Shown one piece after another: positions 1 through 9,928 of a stretch of 64,000 nucleotides of DNA. The notes below the pieces were generated by a model. The model had not been told where the DNA came from, did not search any database, and saw only the letters and a list, made by a program, of their open reading frames with translations. Position numbers and translations under genes: made by a program. Source of the DNA: an uncultured delta proteobacterium (GTDB taxonomy: Bacteria; Desulfobacterota; Desulfobacteria; Desulfobacterales; B30-G6); contig CAWGLD010000003.1 of assembly GCA_963823335.1 (NCBI GenBank), positions 128,001 to 192,000 on the forward strand, written 5' to 3'. Numbering within the stretch: the first letter of the stretch is position 1; the number at the start of each line of letters is the position of its first letter.

Positions 1-2
1 GG

Positions 3-272
3 ACATTTGAAAAAGTCATCGGAGTCAGCACCAGGTTCCTCAAAAAGCCGGATCCTGCGGGCGCATTGAGTATTTTGACGGAACTGAATATAGATAAGAA
101 GAATTGTCTTTTTATTGGGGATTCAGGTGTTGATATGCAAACAGCCGCCGCAGCCGGCATCTTTTCCGTGGGCGCGGCCTGGGGGTTTAAGCCCGAAGCC
201 GAACTGATGAAAAACGGGTGCCGATTTCTTGCCAGAGACCCCATGGATGTTCTTAGCCTCCTTGTTACCTGA
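3..272 (+). CDS. HAD-family hydrolase (phosphoglycolate phosphatase-like), 5'-truncated by window edge
   Basis: Frame is open from the window start: ...KKPDPAG...FIGDSGVDMQTA...GAAWGF = HAD motifs III/IV. Confidence 0.85.
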   Translation, partial: TFEKVIGVSTRFLKKPDPAGALSILTELNIDKKNCLFIGDSGVDMQTAAAAGIFSVGAAWGFKPEAELMKNGCRFLARDPMDVLSLLVT

Positions 273-345
273 ATACCGCTTCCAAAGAATTGATCCAGAT
301 GAAGGGTTTTCGGAACGCTTCCGGCGTGTTCTTGGAATCTGAGAT

Positions 346-1638
346 TTACCCCCTGTCCCTGTTTGGATCAGGCGCAGTCTCTTTTTCGAAAAATGCCGCG
401 CCGGCCAGGGGCGATGTTCTCGGAACGTAAACAGCTGGTTTCTGTTTGTCCATGGGAATGGGTGGTCTTGAACGCATCCTGAAGAGAGCGAACATACCCA
501 GGAGTATGTGCACTATGGCAAGAACCACGAACAGACCCATGGGCCCCAAGGCAGACATGGCGGCACCGGAAACAACGGGCCCTGATACCGCCCCTAATCC
601 GCTGACCAATATCATGGTACTGCTGGCCGCTACCATTTGTTCGGGTTGCAGGTGATCATTGATAAAGGCAAGGTTTAACGAATACATGGGAAGGGTCAAA
701 CCGCCGAAAAGACCGATGAGTAAAAAAGTTTTCAAGCCGTTACCCGGCAACACCGTTACATAGACAAGGCTGACGACGCCGGCCAGAAACGTAACGGCAG
801 TAAGGATAAACCGTCGATCGAATCGATCCGACAGCGCGCCGATAGGCCATTGGCAGATGGCGCCGCCCCACAAGGCAGCACTCATGAAAAGGGATATCTC
901 CGTGACGGAAAAACCGGCACTTTTCGCATAGACAGCGCCAACTCCCATGAGGGAACCGTTTGAAAAGCCCGTGGCAAAACTTCCGATTACCCCCAACGGA
1001 GCTTGTCTGTACAACTCCAGGATTCGGACTTTTCGGGATATTTTGAAGGCCGGTATCGGACTGACGGTCAGCAAAATCGGTATCAGGGCCAGGGAGAACA
1101 GTACCGACACCAAAATGAAGAGCTCAAAGCTGTCCGGGTTAGCTATATTGATCAGAAGAGGACCGCTGGCCATGCATCCGACGGCTATGACCATGTATAT
1201 GGAAAGAATCTGCCCTCTTTCCTGGTTGCCGGCCTGCTCATTCAGCCAGCTTTCCACCACGATGTAAAGGCCGGATAACCCAATACCGGTAATCACGCGC
1301 ATCACCAGCCACCCTGCAGGGGTCACATAGATGCTGTGCAGCAATGCGCTGGCCGATACGACGGATGCCAGGGCGGCAAACACGCGAACATGCCCCACGT
1401 GAGAAATCATGATGGGTGTGATGCGGGAGCCGACGATAATTCCAACATAGTAACCGGACATGATCATGCCGGTTACTATCGGCATGAACCCTTCCGAAGT
1501 TGCCCTCACACCCAGCAGGGTTCCCTGCAGGCTGTGCCCAAGCATGATGATTCCTATGCCCAAAAGCAGGGCCCAACAGTTCTTCAATGTGGAAAACAAA
1601 TGTGATTTCATTCCTGCCTGACAACAAATTGTATGCAT
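346..1638 (-). CDS. MFS transporter (YcaD-like)
   Basis: About 12 hydrophobic segments; GALSDRFDRR MFS motif A; VVESWLN typical of the YcaD family; true start may be MKSH. Confidence 0.9.
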   Translation of the reverse strand: MHTICCQAGMKSHLFSTLKNCWALLLGIGIIMLGHSLQGTLLGVRATSEGFMPIVTGMIMSGYYVGIIVGSRITPIMISHVGHVRVFAALASVVSASALLHSIYVTPAGWLVMRVITGIGLSGLYIVVESWLNEQAGNQERGQILSIYMVIAVGCMASGPLLINIANPDSFELFILVSVLFSLALIPILLTVSPIPAFKISRKVRILELYRQAPLGVIGSFATGFSNGSLMGVGAVYAKSAGFSVTEISLFMSAALWGGAICQWPIGALSDRFDRRFILTAVTFLAGVVSLVYVTVLPGNGLKTFLLIGLFGGLTLPMYSLNLAFINDHLQPEQMVAASSTMILVSGLGAVSGPVVSGAAMSALGPMGLFVVLAIVHILLGMFALFRMRSRPPIPMDKQKPAVYVPRTSPLAGAAFFEKETAPDPNRDRG

Positions 1639-1690
1639 AACATTACAGAATAGAGCCTCTAATAGAATGAAAACCGGGGCATGTCTACAG

Positions 1691-2707
1691 TTATTTTATG
1701 CATTTTTTATCGACAAGAATTTCATGCAGATCTGTGATATCCTGGATGACATGTTCGGCACCGGATGCTCGGAGCACCTGTTGTAATCTGGTCCTGTCCG
1801 GTGCAGACGTGACGATACCGATGCCGGTGTATCCATAGGTTGACCGATTTGCAGCCAGCATGTCGTCCGGCATGTCCCCGATATAATATCGCTGCGACGT
1901 CTCATGCGCGTGGATTTCTGCAATGGCGTCCAGCATATAGGGGTGGGGTTTGCTCAATGAGATGGTTTTGTGTTCTTTTTCCAGGATCCTGCTTTCTTCG
2001 CGCAGGCAATCGTCCAGACTGAAGACCGAAGAAAAATATGCACGAATTTCAAAATGATCCAGCGCATATTCCGCTTCGGCTCCGGGGCGTCCGGTGGCAA
2101 GGGCCAGCAAATTTCCTGCCCTGAGGGTTTGGAAGGCGGCCGGTTCTATCAGGAGCTTTTCCCTGGTGATCAGCCCTGCGCCTGTATCGGTGTTTGCCGG
2201 TAGCTTGTAGGTTGCCATAAAGAGGTTCCGGCCCAGGTATACTTCCTGAAAAATCTGTTTGATGACATTTCCGTTGCCCACATCGTTTGATGACATTTTT
2301 TGTACAAAATAGCTGTGTCGTTTTTGGCCTTCTTGTTGCAGATGCTCCAGGGGAGAACCATGGGAAGTCAGAAAATCGATAAGGTTATCAAGACCACACC
2401 CGTGCAGTGTCTGTTCACGCAGCAGCCATGGGTCGGTTTCATTCGACAGGTCCGGAACATGTACCCGTGTCATCAGCAAATCCAGAACATGATACGTCAA
2501 GGCCCAGTCATTGTTAAGCCCGCCGCTCTGTTTGACACCGGCGAGATCGGATAGTGAGAAGAGAGGGTCTGGCAGCCTGTCCCAGCCCGGGGCGCCTTTA
2601 AAGAACAGTCTGGCAGTTTGTCGCACTGTGTCCCGGTACGATTCCGATACATCCACGATAACACCGTCCATGTCAAAGACGATGAGATTTTTTGTTTTGT
2701 TATGCAT
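1691..2707 (-). CDS. HAD-superfamily hydrolase
   Basis: FDMDGV motif I, ATGRP motif II, KPHP, YIGDMPDD. Confidence 0.85.
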   Translation of the reverse strand: MHNKTKNLIVFDMDGVIVDVSESYRDTVRQTARLFFKGAPGWDRLPDPLFSLSDLAGVKQSGGLNNDWALTYHVLDLLMTRVHVPDLSNETDPWLLREQTLHGCGLDNLIDFLTSHGSPLEHLQQEGQKRHSYFVQKMSSNDVGNGNVIKQIFQEVYLGRNLFMATYKLPANTDTGAGLITREKLLIEPAAFQTLRAGNLLALATGRPGAEAEYALDHFEIRAYFSSVFSLDDCLREESRILEKEHKTISLSKPHPYMLDAIAEIHAHETSQRYYIGDMPDDMLAANRSTYGYTGIGIVTSAPDRTRLQQVLRASGAEHVIQDITDLHEILVDKKCIK

Positions 2708-3506
2708 GTGCCAGACGCCTGATTAGTTTTTGAATGCAGTCCATGTATGCTGACAAGCCCCGGAATAGAATATCATTGTGATTGGCACCGGGTATCTGGA
2801 CGAGTTGTTTGTCGGATGCAGGAGAGGCATCGTACAGGGACTGACCGTCTGAAAAGGGGATAATGTGATCGTATTCAGCATGGATGATCAAGGTCGGTCT
2901 TTCGTAGTCCCGGATTTTGTCGATATTTCGAAATCCCTTTTCCTCGTTGAATTCGATGGCTTTTGTACTGATCCCCAGCAGCCTGAGAAGCGGGGCAGCC
3001 AGGGCAAATCCGCTTTCTATGACGAGAGCGTCGATATCTGTCTTGTGAGTGCAGGCGAGTTCGAGGGCCGATGCACTTCCCAGGGATCGGCCCATGATGA
3101 TCAGAGGACCCTTATGTCCATTTTTCTGCAACCATTGACGAACAAAACCGAAAATGGTGTGACAATCCTTCATCATGCCGGCCACGGAGGGCTCTCCATT
3201 GGAGCGACCATATCCCCGGTAGTCAACCGGCAGAAAATTGATTCCCAACTGGTTATACATGGGGCCCAGATCGTCATAGTCTGACACGATTTCCCCGTTG
3301 CCATGAAAAAAGAGAATATTCGGGCAGGTGTTGTCCTGGATGTGAAAACGGGCCCCCACCCGGATGTCCTCCCCTACGGGGATAAGCAGGTCAAGACCAT
3401 TGCCTGTGCTACCGAGAGTACCCGCTTCCTGGCGGGGATGAAACAGGGCCATGAGCACTTCGGGTCTGTCCAGAGCTGAATAATCCATGAAATTTGAATT
3501 GGTCAT
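2700..3506 (-). CDS. Alpha/beta hydrolase
   Basis: FFHGNGE, DYRGYG, GRSLG nucleophile elbow, HAEYD, GANHND; overlaps the downstream HAD gene (operon). Confidence 0.9.
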   Translation of the reverse strand: MTNSNFMDYSALDRPEVLMALFHPRQEAGTLGSTGNGLDLLIPVGEDIRVGARFHIQDNTCPNILFFHGNGEIVSDYDDLGPMYNQLGINFLPVDYRGYGRSNGEPSVAGMMKDCHTIFGFVRQWLQKNGHKGPLIIMGRSLGSASALELACTHKTDIDALVIESGFALAAPLLRLLGISTKAIEFNEEKGFRNIDKIRDYERPTLIIHAEYDHIIPFSDGQSLYDASPASDKQLVQIPGANHNDILFRGLSAYMDCIQKLIRRLAHA

Positions 3507-3698
3507 GTCGGTATTCCTAAATAAAAAGGGTCCCAGGATCCAAGGGTTCGAGGGTTCGAGTGGGGCTGAAAGCTATCGGCTGCAATAAATGACACGCGCA
3601 GCGCTAATAACGTCCGAAGGACTAATTTCGCACGAAGTGCAAATGAAGCCTGAAAGGAAAAGTCACCCTCCAACCCTTGTATGCCGGGACGCCAGGAT

Positions 3699-4086
3699 GC
3701 TGGGATGCTGCCATCCGCTGATAGCTGTCAGCTACCCTCCAACCCTCGTATCCCCCTCAGACCCTCAAACCCTTGTAGGCTGTGACGCTTGGAAGCTCTG
3801 AGGCTGGGATGCTGCCATCCGCCGATAGCTGTCAGCCACCCTCCAACCCTCGTATCCCCCTCAGACCCTTGAACCCTTGTAGGCTGTGACGCTTGGAAGC
3901 TCTGAGGCTGGGATGCTGCCGTCCGCCGATAGCTGTCAGCTACCCTCCAACCCCTGTATCCCCCTCGGACCCTTGAACCCTTGTAGGCTGTGACGCTTGG
4001 AAGCTCTGAGGCTGGGATGCTGCCGTCCGCCGATAGCTGTCAGCTACCCTCCAACCCTCGTATCACCCTCAGACCCTCAAACCCTT
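3699..4086. repeat. 104-bp tandem repeat, about 3.7 copies
   Basis: GCTGGGATGCTGCC recurs at 3699, 3803, 3907 and 4011 (period 104) with few substitutions. Confidence 0.95.
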
Positions 4087-4211
4087 CATAATATACCCCC
4101 GAAAGAAAATGTAATTCAATCCCTTTTTTCATAACCGAAAACCTGCTATAAAACCTTTTATTGCCCCGGCAAAGAAAGACACTTAAAACGCTACACAATT
4201 CGCATAAAAAT

Positions 4212-4253
4212 AGCGACGAAGTCGCGACATAAAAATTGTGAAAGAATTTTTTT
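4212..4253 (+). repeat. Two-hairpin dispersed motif (AGCGAC-N3-GTCGC...ATAAAAT...ATTTT), copy 1
   Basis: Matches copies at 11572, 28503, 38895 and 43839; abuts the manA ATG. Confidence 0.65.
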
Positions 4254-5462
4254 ATGAAACACATCGCCTATCTTAAAAATGTGGTTCATGAATATGCCTG
4301 GGGGTCTCGCACATTCATACCAGAGCTCATGGGTCATCCATCACCTGCAGATCGACCCCAGGCTGAGCTGTGGATGGGGGCACATCCTAAGGGATCTTCC
4401 CTTGTAATCACCCAAAATGGATGGGAATCACTGGTGGAGCTGATTCAGGATCACCCCATCGACATCCTGGGCAGGTGGGTCGCAGAAAAATTTGATGGCA
4501 AATTACCTTATTTATTCAAGCTACTTGCGGCGGAAAAACCCTTGTCCATTCAGGCGCATCCAGGTGCTGCAGATGCACGGGCAGGGTATGCCCGTGAAGA
4601 AACACGCGCTATCCCTTTTAATGCCCCCGAGCGTAACTATAAAGATCCCCATCACAAACCAGAATGCCTGTGCGCATTGACATCTTTCTGGGGCTTGTGC
4701 GGCTTCAGGAACATTTTTGAAACAGCGACTCTGCTGCACCAGCTCTGCCCTATAACCCTCGGGAAGTCGTTTCACCTGTTGGAAAAGAACACCCCAGGCA
4801 ACAGCATCCAGGTCTTTTTTAAAGCAATCATGGATATGGATCCCCGGAAGCAGGCTGAGATCGTTCATGAAGCTGTCTGGCATGCTCAGGCCGATAAACA
4901 TGAACGACCCGAATACGATTGGGTTGTCAGACTCAATAAGGCATATCCATCTGATATTGGCGCCATCTTTCCGGTACTGCTCAATCTGGTTTGTCTTCAG
5001 CCGGGGCAGGCTCTGTTTCTGAAACAGGGAGAACTACACGCCTATCTGAGCGGGGTGGGGATAGAACTCATGGCCAATTCTGACAATGTACTCCGGGGCG
5101 GGTTGACATCCAAGCACGTAGATGTTGCAGAATTGATGCGCATCCTGTCTTTCAAAGAGAAGCGTGTCGAAATTCTACTGCCCGGGAACCGGGAGCGGCA
5201 TGCGGGTGTTTACCGGACCCCTGCCCAGGAGTTCGAACTTTCGGTCATTACTCTAGACGCCGGGGATGAATATACAGGTCGGGTCGATAGAAGTGTCGAG
5301 ATTCTACTCTGCACATCCGGTGAGCACTGGATTGCCGAAACCGGCAGCATGGATCCCTTGATTTTTGACAAGGGCGCTTCCGTGCTGATTCCGGCCGCTG
5401 TTCCAGGTTATACCATCCAGGGCAAAGGGGTTATCTACAGGGCTGCGGTACCGATTCAATGA
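4254..5462 (+). CDS. manA: Mannose-6-phosphate isomerase, class I
   Basis: YAWGS, AELWMGAHP, PLSIQAHP, YKDPHHKPE, HAYLSG, ELMANSDNVLRGGLT. Confidence 0.95.
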   Translation: MKHIAYLKNVVHEYAWGSRTFIPELMGHPSPADRPQAELWMGAHPKGSSLVITQNGWESLVELIQDHPIDILGRWVAEKFDGKLPYLFKLLAAEKPLSIQAHPGAADARAGYAREETRAIPFNAPERNYKDPHHKPECLCALTSFWGLCGFRNIFETATLLHQLCPITLGKSFHLLEKNTPGNSIQVFFKAIMDMDPRKQAEIVHEAVWHAQADKHERPEYDWVVRLNKAYPSDIGAIFPVLLNLVCLQPGQALFLKQGELHAYLSGVGIELMANSDNVLRGGLTSKHVDVAELMRILSFKEKRVEILLPGNRERHAGVYRTPAQEFELSVITLDAGDEYTGRVDRSVEILLCTSGEHWIAETGSMDPLIFDKGASVLIPAAVPGYTIQGKGVIYRAAVPIQ

Positions 5463-5503
5463 AGTCCAAATCAGTCTCTAATTAAAAGTCACTAAAAAAA
5501 CAC

Positions 5504-5533
5504 TTGACCTTTTCCGCATAAATTATTTATAAC
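5504..5533 (+). promoter_or_regulatory. Putative sigma70 promoter for the binding-protein/TonB receptor cluster
   Basis: TTGACC-N18-TATAAC in an AT-rich intergenic region. Confidence 0.4.
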
Positions 5534-5711
5534 TTATTAAAAATATATACGAAACAGATTCACAAGCGAATTCTGAATTCTATCTGTATTTCAAATCTTT
5601 TCTAATTCTTCTGGCTCCAAACACAATCTCAAGCTGACCTGCTTCTAATACTGCTTCTTCTCAGTTAAAAAGTTTTCATAGTTTCGATTTTGGCATCCAT
5701 CGACATATCGC

Positions 5712-5834
5712 TATTATCCTGGCAACTAAATAGCTCAATGCGTCATGCCGGACTTGATCCGGCATCCAGTGCCTTTCTGGATTCCCGCCTGCGCGGAAAT
5801 GACATCCTTAACATATATAATTGCCGGAGTAATA
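5712..5834 (+). mobile_element. MITE/REP composite carrying a GTCATGCCGGACTTGATCCGGCATCC palindrome
   Basis: Imperfect terminal inverted repeats TATTATCCTGGCAACTAAAT / ATATAATTGCCGGAGTAATA; further copies at 33040 (inverted) and 53476. Confidence 0.75.
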
Positions 5835-5886
5835 TCAGTTTCGGATAAATTAACAATTACCGATAAAAACCGTTGGATATCGAGAC

Positions 5887-6723
5887 GTGACAGATATCGG
5901 CAATATAATACGGCGACATCCGGGCATCTTCTGGATGATCACGGTGCTTTTGGCATGCCATGCAATTTTATACGTGATCTCTTCCGGAGCAGGTAAAACC
6001 ACGGTCTATTTTTACAGTTCCGAAACCAATATCAATAACTTCAAATCCCTCAAAATCGAATTCGACCGATACCTGGCCAGGTTTGGTTCCTATGAATTCC
6101 AGCCTTTCAGCAGCAGAGAAGATTTTGAAAGACACGTCAAAGACAAAGAGAATTGTCTGCTTCTCCTCTCAAGCTGGCATTACCGGCAGATCCACAAGGA
6201 ATTTTCCCTGACACCGGTTCTTACCGGTCATCGAAAAAACAAGAAATATCAAAAACGGATACTGGTTGCCGGCGGTGCAAATTCCGACATCGAATCCATA
6301 AAGAACGGGAGAATCGCTTCTGCCAGCAATCCTCAGCACACCACCAGTGTTCTGATGGAGATGCTGAAAGAAAAGTTTTCAGGAGAACACTTCAGGATAT
6401 TAACCGTACCGAAAGATATCGATGCCTTGATGTCTGTGGGCTTCGGCATGGCCAGCTATGCCTTGAGTACCGGGAACAGCCTCGAGGAATTGAGACAGGC
6501 CAATCCAAAACTTTGTTCGAAGATGTGCGTTCTCGCGGAAGGAGAGCAATCCCTTCTGCTGATTCTTGCAGTGCCGGAAGTGTTCGATCAGGATTCCGAA
6601 AAAATGGTGAGCATTCTTCAGGATATGTCGATGGATGTGGAAGGAAAACAAAAAATCAGAATGCTTGGGCTTGATGGCTGGCAGAAGCTCGATCCTTTGG
6701 ACAAGCAGAAACTGGAGAGCTGA
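5887..6723 (+). CDS. Putative periplasmic solute-binding protein (PhnD/phosphonate-binding-like)
   Basis: Hydrophobic N-terminus; YQKRILV...DIESIKNGRIA and KDIDALMSV patterns resemble PBP2/PhnD-like proteins. Confidence 0.55.
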   Translation: MTDIGNIIRRHPGIFWMITVLLACHAILYVISSGAGKTTVYFYSSETNINNFKSLKIEFDRYLARFGSYEFQPFSSREDFERHVKDKENCLLLLSSWHYRQIHKEFSLTPVLTGHRKNKKYQKRILVAGGANSDIESIKNGRIASASNPQHTTSVLMEMLKEKFSGEHFRILTVPKDIDALMSVGFGMASYALSTGNSLEELRQANPKLCSKMCVLAEGEQSLLLILAVPEVFDQDSEKMVSILQDMSMDVEGKQKIRMLGLDGWQKLDPLDKQKLES

Positions 6724-7638
6724 ATGAAGGTCTTCAAATCCATATTTCTTCTATTTTTAGTGGTGCTGCTGGGCGCATTGTTTGCGGACGAAATCCCCAA
6801 GATCCTGGTGATCAACTCGAACGCGTCCGTTGAAAAATATCATGTGGCCCAGGAGGAATTCAAGAAGACCATCGCTCTTCCCGTGCTGGAGGTCAATCTG
6901 GAGGAGCAAAAATGGAAAATCTCCAAGGTGGAAGAACTTCTTTATGATGAATACCCAGACCTGATTTACTGCATCGGCACCAAGGCTTACCTCATTGCAA
7001 ACAAGTATATCAGTGAAAGGCATATTGTCTTCTCATCCATTGTCAACTGGGAGCGCTGGCCGGTTGCCGGAAAAACATATGGTGTGTCGAACGAGCTTCA
7101 CCCGGGCATGCAATTGACTCTGTATCGCTACGTGTTTCCTGCCATAAGGAAGATAGGCATTTTATACAGCAAGCGCTACAACCGTGAGTGGTTTGAAAAC
7201 ACCTTGGAATTTTCCAGGGGAATGGGCATTGAAATCGTCGGCAAAGCCGTTCACAAAAGCATGTACGTCATTTCCAATCTAAAAGAGTTGGTCCCCGATA
7301 TCGATGCTTTGTGGGTCGTTTCCGATCCGATTGTCATGCCTGACAAAGATGTCATCAAATCCATTTTCAATACGTGTGAAGTTCACCATATACCCGTTTT
7401 TACCTACCATGACGCCTTTGCCGAATACGGCGCCATGCTGATCGTATCCGTGGATGATCCCACCACAGGACGCCAGGCAGCGGATGTTGCATCCGAGGTG
7501 CTTAGCGACAACATGGGCAAGGACAGGGTTCAGCTTCCCGCGGGGTCCCGTATTGTTTTTAATCTTAAAAAAGCGAATGCATATGACATGCAATACAATG
7601 AGGAGGCGCTCAGCACGGTCAACCAGATCATCGAATAA
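6724..7638 (+). CDS. ABC-type substrate-binding protein (ABC_sub_bind-like)
   Basis: Signal peptide; PDLIYCIGTKA, KIGILYS, DALWVVSD, TGRQAA, FNLKKA motifs. Confidence 0.8.
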   Translation: MKVFKSIFLLFLVVLLGALFADEIPKILVINSNASVEKYHVAQEEFKKTIALPVLEVNLEEQKWKISKVEELLYDEYPDLIYCIGTKAYLIANKYISERHIVFSSIVNWERWPVAGKTYGVSNELHPGMQLTLYRYVFPAIRKIGILYSKRYNREWFENTLEFSRGMGIEIVGKAVHKSMYVISNLKELVPDIDALWVVSDPIVMPDKDVIKSIFNTCEVHHIPVFTYHDAFAEYGAMLIVSVDDPTTGRQAADVASEVLSDNMGKDRVQLPAGSRIVFNLKKANAYDMQYNEEALSTVNQIIE

Positions 7639-7680
7639 ATGTATGGGTTTGTGAAATTTTAGGGCTAGGAGGAAAAGGTC

Positions 7681-9890
7681 ATGCCTGGATTGAGTTGGTT
7701 GAAGGTAAAAACTTTTTTGACTAGGGTTGGTATTTTCTCTTCCATTATTTTTGTCCTCCATGCGGCACCCGCCATATCCGAAGAAGTATTAGATAACCCC
7801 ATCAGTTCGGACGACGAAATCGAAGCAGAACTGAAATACCTGCAGGAAGAAACCTATGTCATCACGGGCTCGCGGATTCCGCAGCTCATTGGAAAAACAG
7901 TGTATTCAATCCACGTAGTAACCGACAAAGAAATCAAACAGATGGGAGCCATTCTGTTTTTGTTGTTACAAACAAGGAGATCCAGCAGATGGGGGCGAGG
8001 TTTCTCACCGATGTTGTTCCCATCGTCCCGGGATGGCATGTATGGACCACCGGTACCGGAGAAAAGAAAATTACAGCAAATGGGGCAAATGCATTTCGCA
8101 GCGGAGAAATTATGATCATGATAAACAGCCACACCATAAATGACGGATGGACCGGGGGGGCGGGACTGCAGCATCATCTACTTTCCATAGACAACGCCAA
8201 GCGGATCGAGTTCATGTCTGGGCGCGGGTTCTGCTGTATATGGGTCCGGTGCATTCGGAGGCGTCATCAACATCATCACCAAGGAAGCGGAAGATGTGGA
8301 CGGTCTCGAGGCCAAGATCATCGGTGGCAGTTACGACACCCGGCAAGCCAATATTCTTTTTGGCAAATCAATCAAAGCACTGGAGATCGCAGCCAATCTC
8401 AATCTTTATGAGACCGACGGCTTTGATGGTAAGGTAAATGCCGATGCGCAAACGCAATTTGGATGAACTTTGGGGAACGGGTGCATCGCTTGCGCCCGGT
8501 AATATGAAAGGCGATGTGGAAAAGTGGGATGGCCAGCTCACATTGAAGTTCAAAGGTTTGACATTCGACGGCAGATACACGGATTCCCACGCAGATTTTC
8601 CGGTTGGAACTTGGATCGTATGCTCTGGATGACGAATCTGATTGGGACACTGAGAATTATTATCTGAATCTCAGCTACGAGGCCAACCCGTGGGAGGGAT
8701 TGAATCTTCTAACCAAGATCTATAGAAACCACTATGATTTTTCTGTTTATTCGCAAGTGCGCCGCAGCCGGTGCTGTTGTCAGATGACGCCCACAGGTCC
8801 AGTGGTTTTGCAGGAAGCTACCATTGTAAAGCCATATTATAAGACCAATCGAACGGGTATTGAAAGCCAGATCAGCTACGAAATCACGGATACCCACACA
8901 ATGGTCGCAGGCGTCATGTATGAGCAAATGAAATTCTATGATGCCAATATTGAGGCGAATTTTGCGCCGACGCGAACTCCTGGAGTTATAGAACCTCTTC
9001 CCGATTTTCAGGATTTTCCAGACTGAGCGCAATTATCGACAACCCTAAGGAAGGAAATTTTAAGGCCGATCTTTTGGGAAGATGTCTGGGATATGCGAGA
9101 TGATCTTCGTTTCAACGTCGGCTGTCGTTATGATGATTACAGCGACTTTGGTGACGCAGTGAGCCCTCGTGCTGGATTGAACTGGGAATTTATCGGAAAA
9201 TCTTCAGATAAGAATACATCTATGGCCGCGCTTTTCGTGCACCTTCACTCGAGGAGCTGTTATGAGCCAACCTGGGGTAGCACGGATCTGGATGCCACAA
9301 CCGTTGACACGTACTCGCTAACTTTTAATGGTCAGTCTTATACCTTCTTTTAGTGGTGAAATTAGCTCTTATTATTGCAAGACTAAAGACTATATCAGTT
9401 TACGATCCATCGACACTTAAGCTTGAAAATCTCGACGAAGCAAGATCACGAGGTTTAAAAATGAAATTGAAATATGATTTTGGAAGAGGAACCTACATTG
9501 CCGCAAACTATGCATACATAGACTCTGAAAACCTGGACACAGGAGAGTCTAACTGGACAATCCCTGCCCATATGGGATTCGATAATGACAAACATACGCC
9601 TGAACCGCTATCTGAACTGGAATGCCCACTGTATATATCGAGGGCGGATGGTCCCGAGGGAAGGATGATTCCAAGAAATGACATGTCGGATTATACGGTT
9701 GTCAATACCACGCTGATTGCAGAAAATTCCTCAAGAGAATTTGAGGGTCTCGAACTGGCTGTAACGGTCAACAACCTGTTTGATGAGGATTATTCGTCGC
9801 CCACCTCTAACGTACCGATAAACAGATCTTCCCGACGATCTTCCCATGCCGGGGAGGAACTTCTTATTCGAATTGAGATACACATACTAA
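7681..9890 (+). pseudogene. TonB-dependent receptor 1, multiply frameshifted (decay or sequencing indels)
   Basis: Pieces across frames: signal peptide, YVITGSR, KRIEFMSG, GVINIITK, RYDDYSDFG..SPRAGL, NNLFDEDY, C-terminus DDLPMPGRNFLFELRYTY* (stop 9888-9890). Confidence 0.85.
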
Positions 9891-9928
9891 AAATAAAATC
9901 ACACCTTGATTTTATTTGGAGGTGAATC

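Noticed and set aside
3699-4086. CRISPR array
   Set aside because: Units are near-identical over their whole length with no unique spacers, and there are no cas genes.
9000-9030. Selenocysteine TGA in TonB receptor 1
   Set aside because: The stop falls at a frame change in an indel-rich region and not at a Cys-like position.
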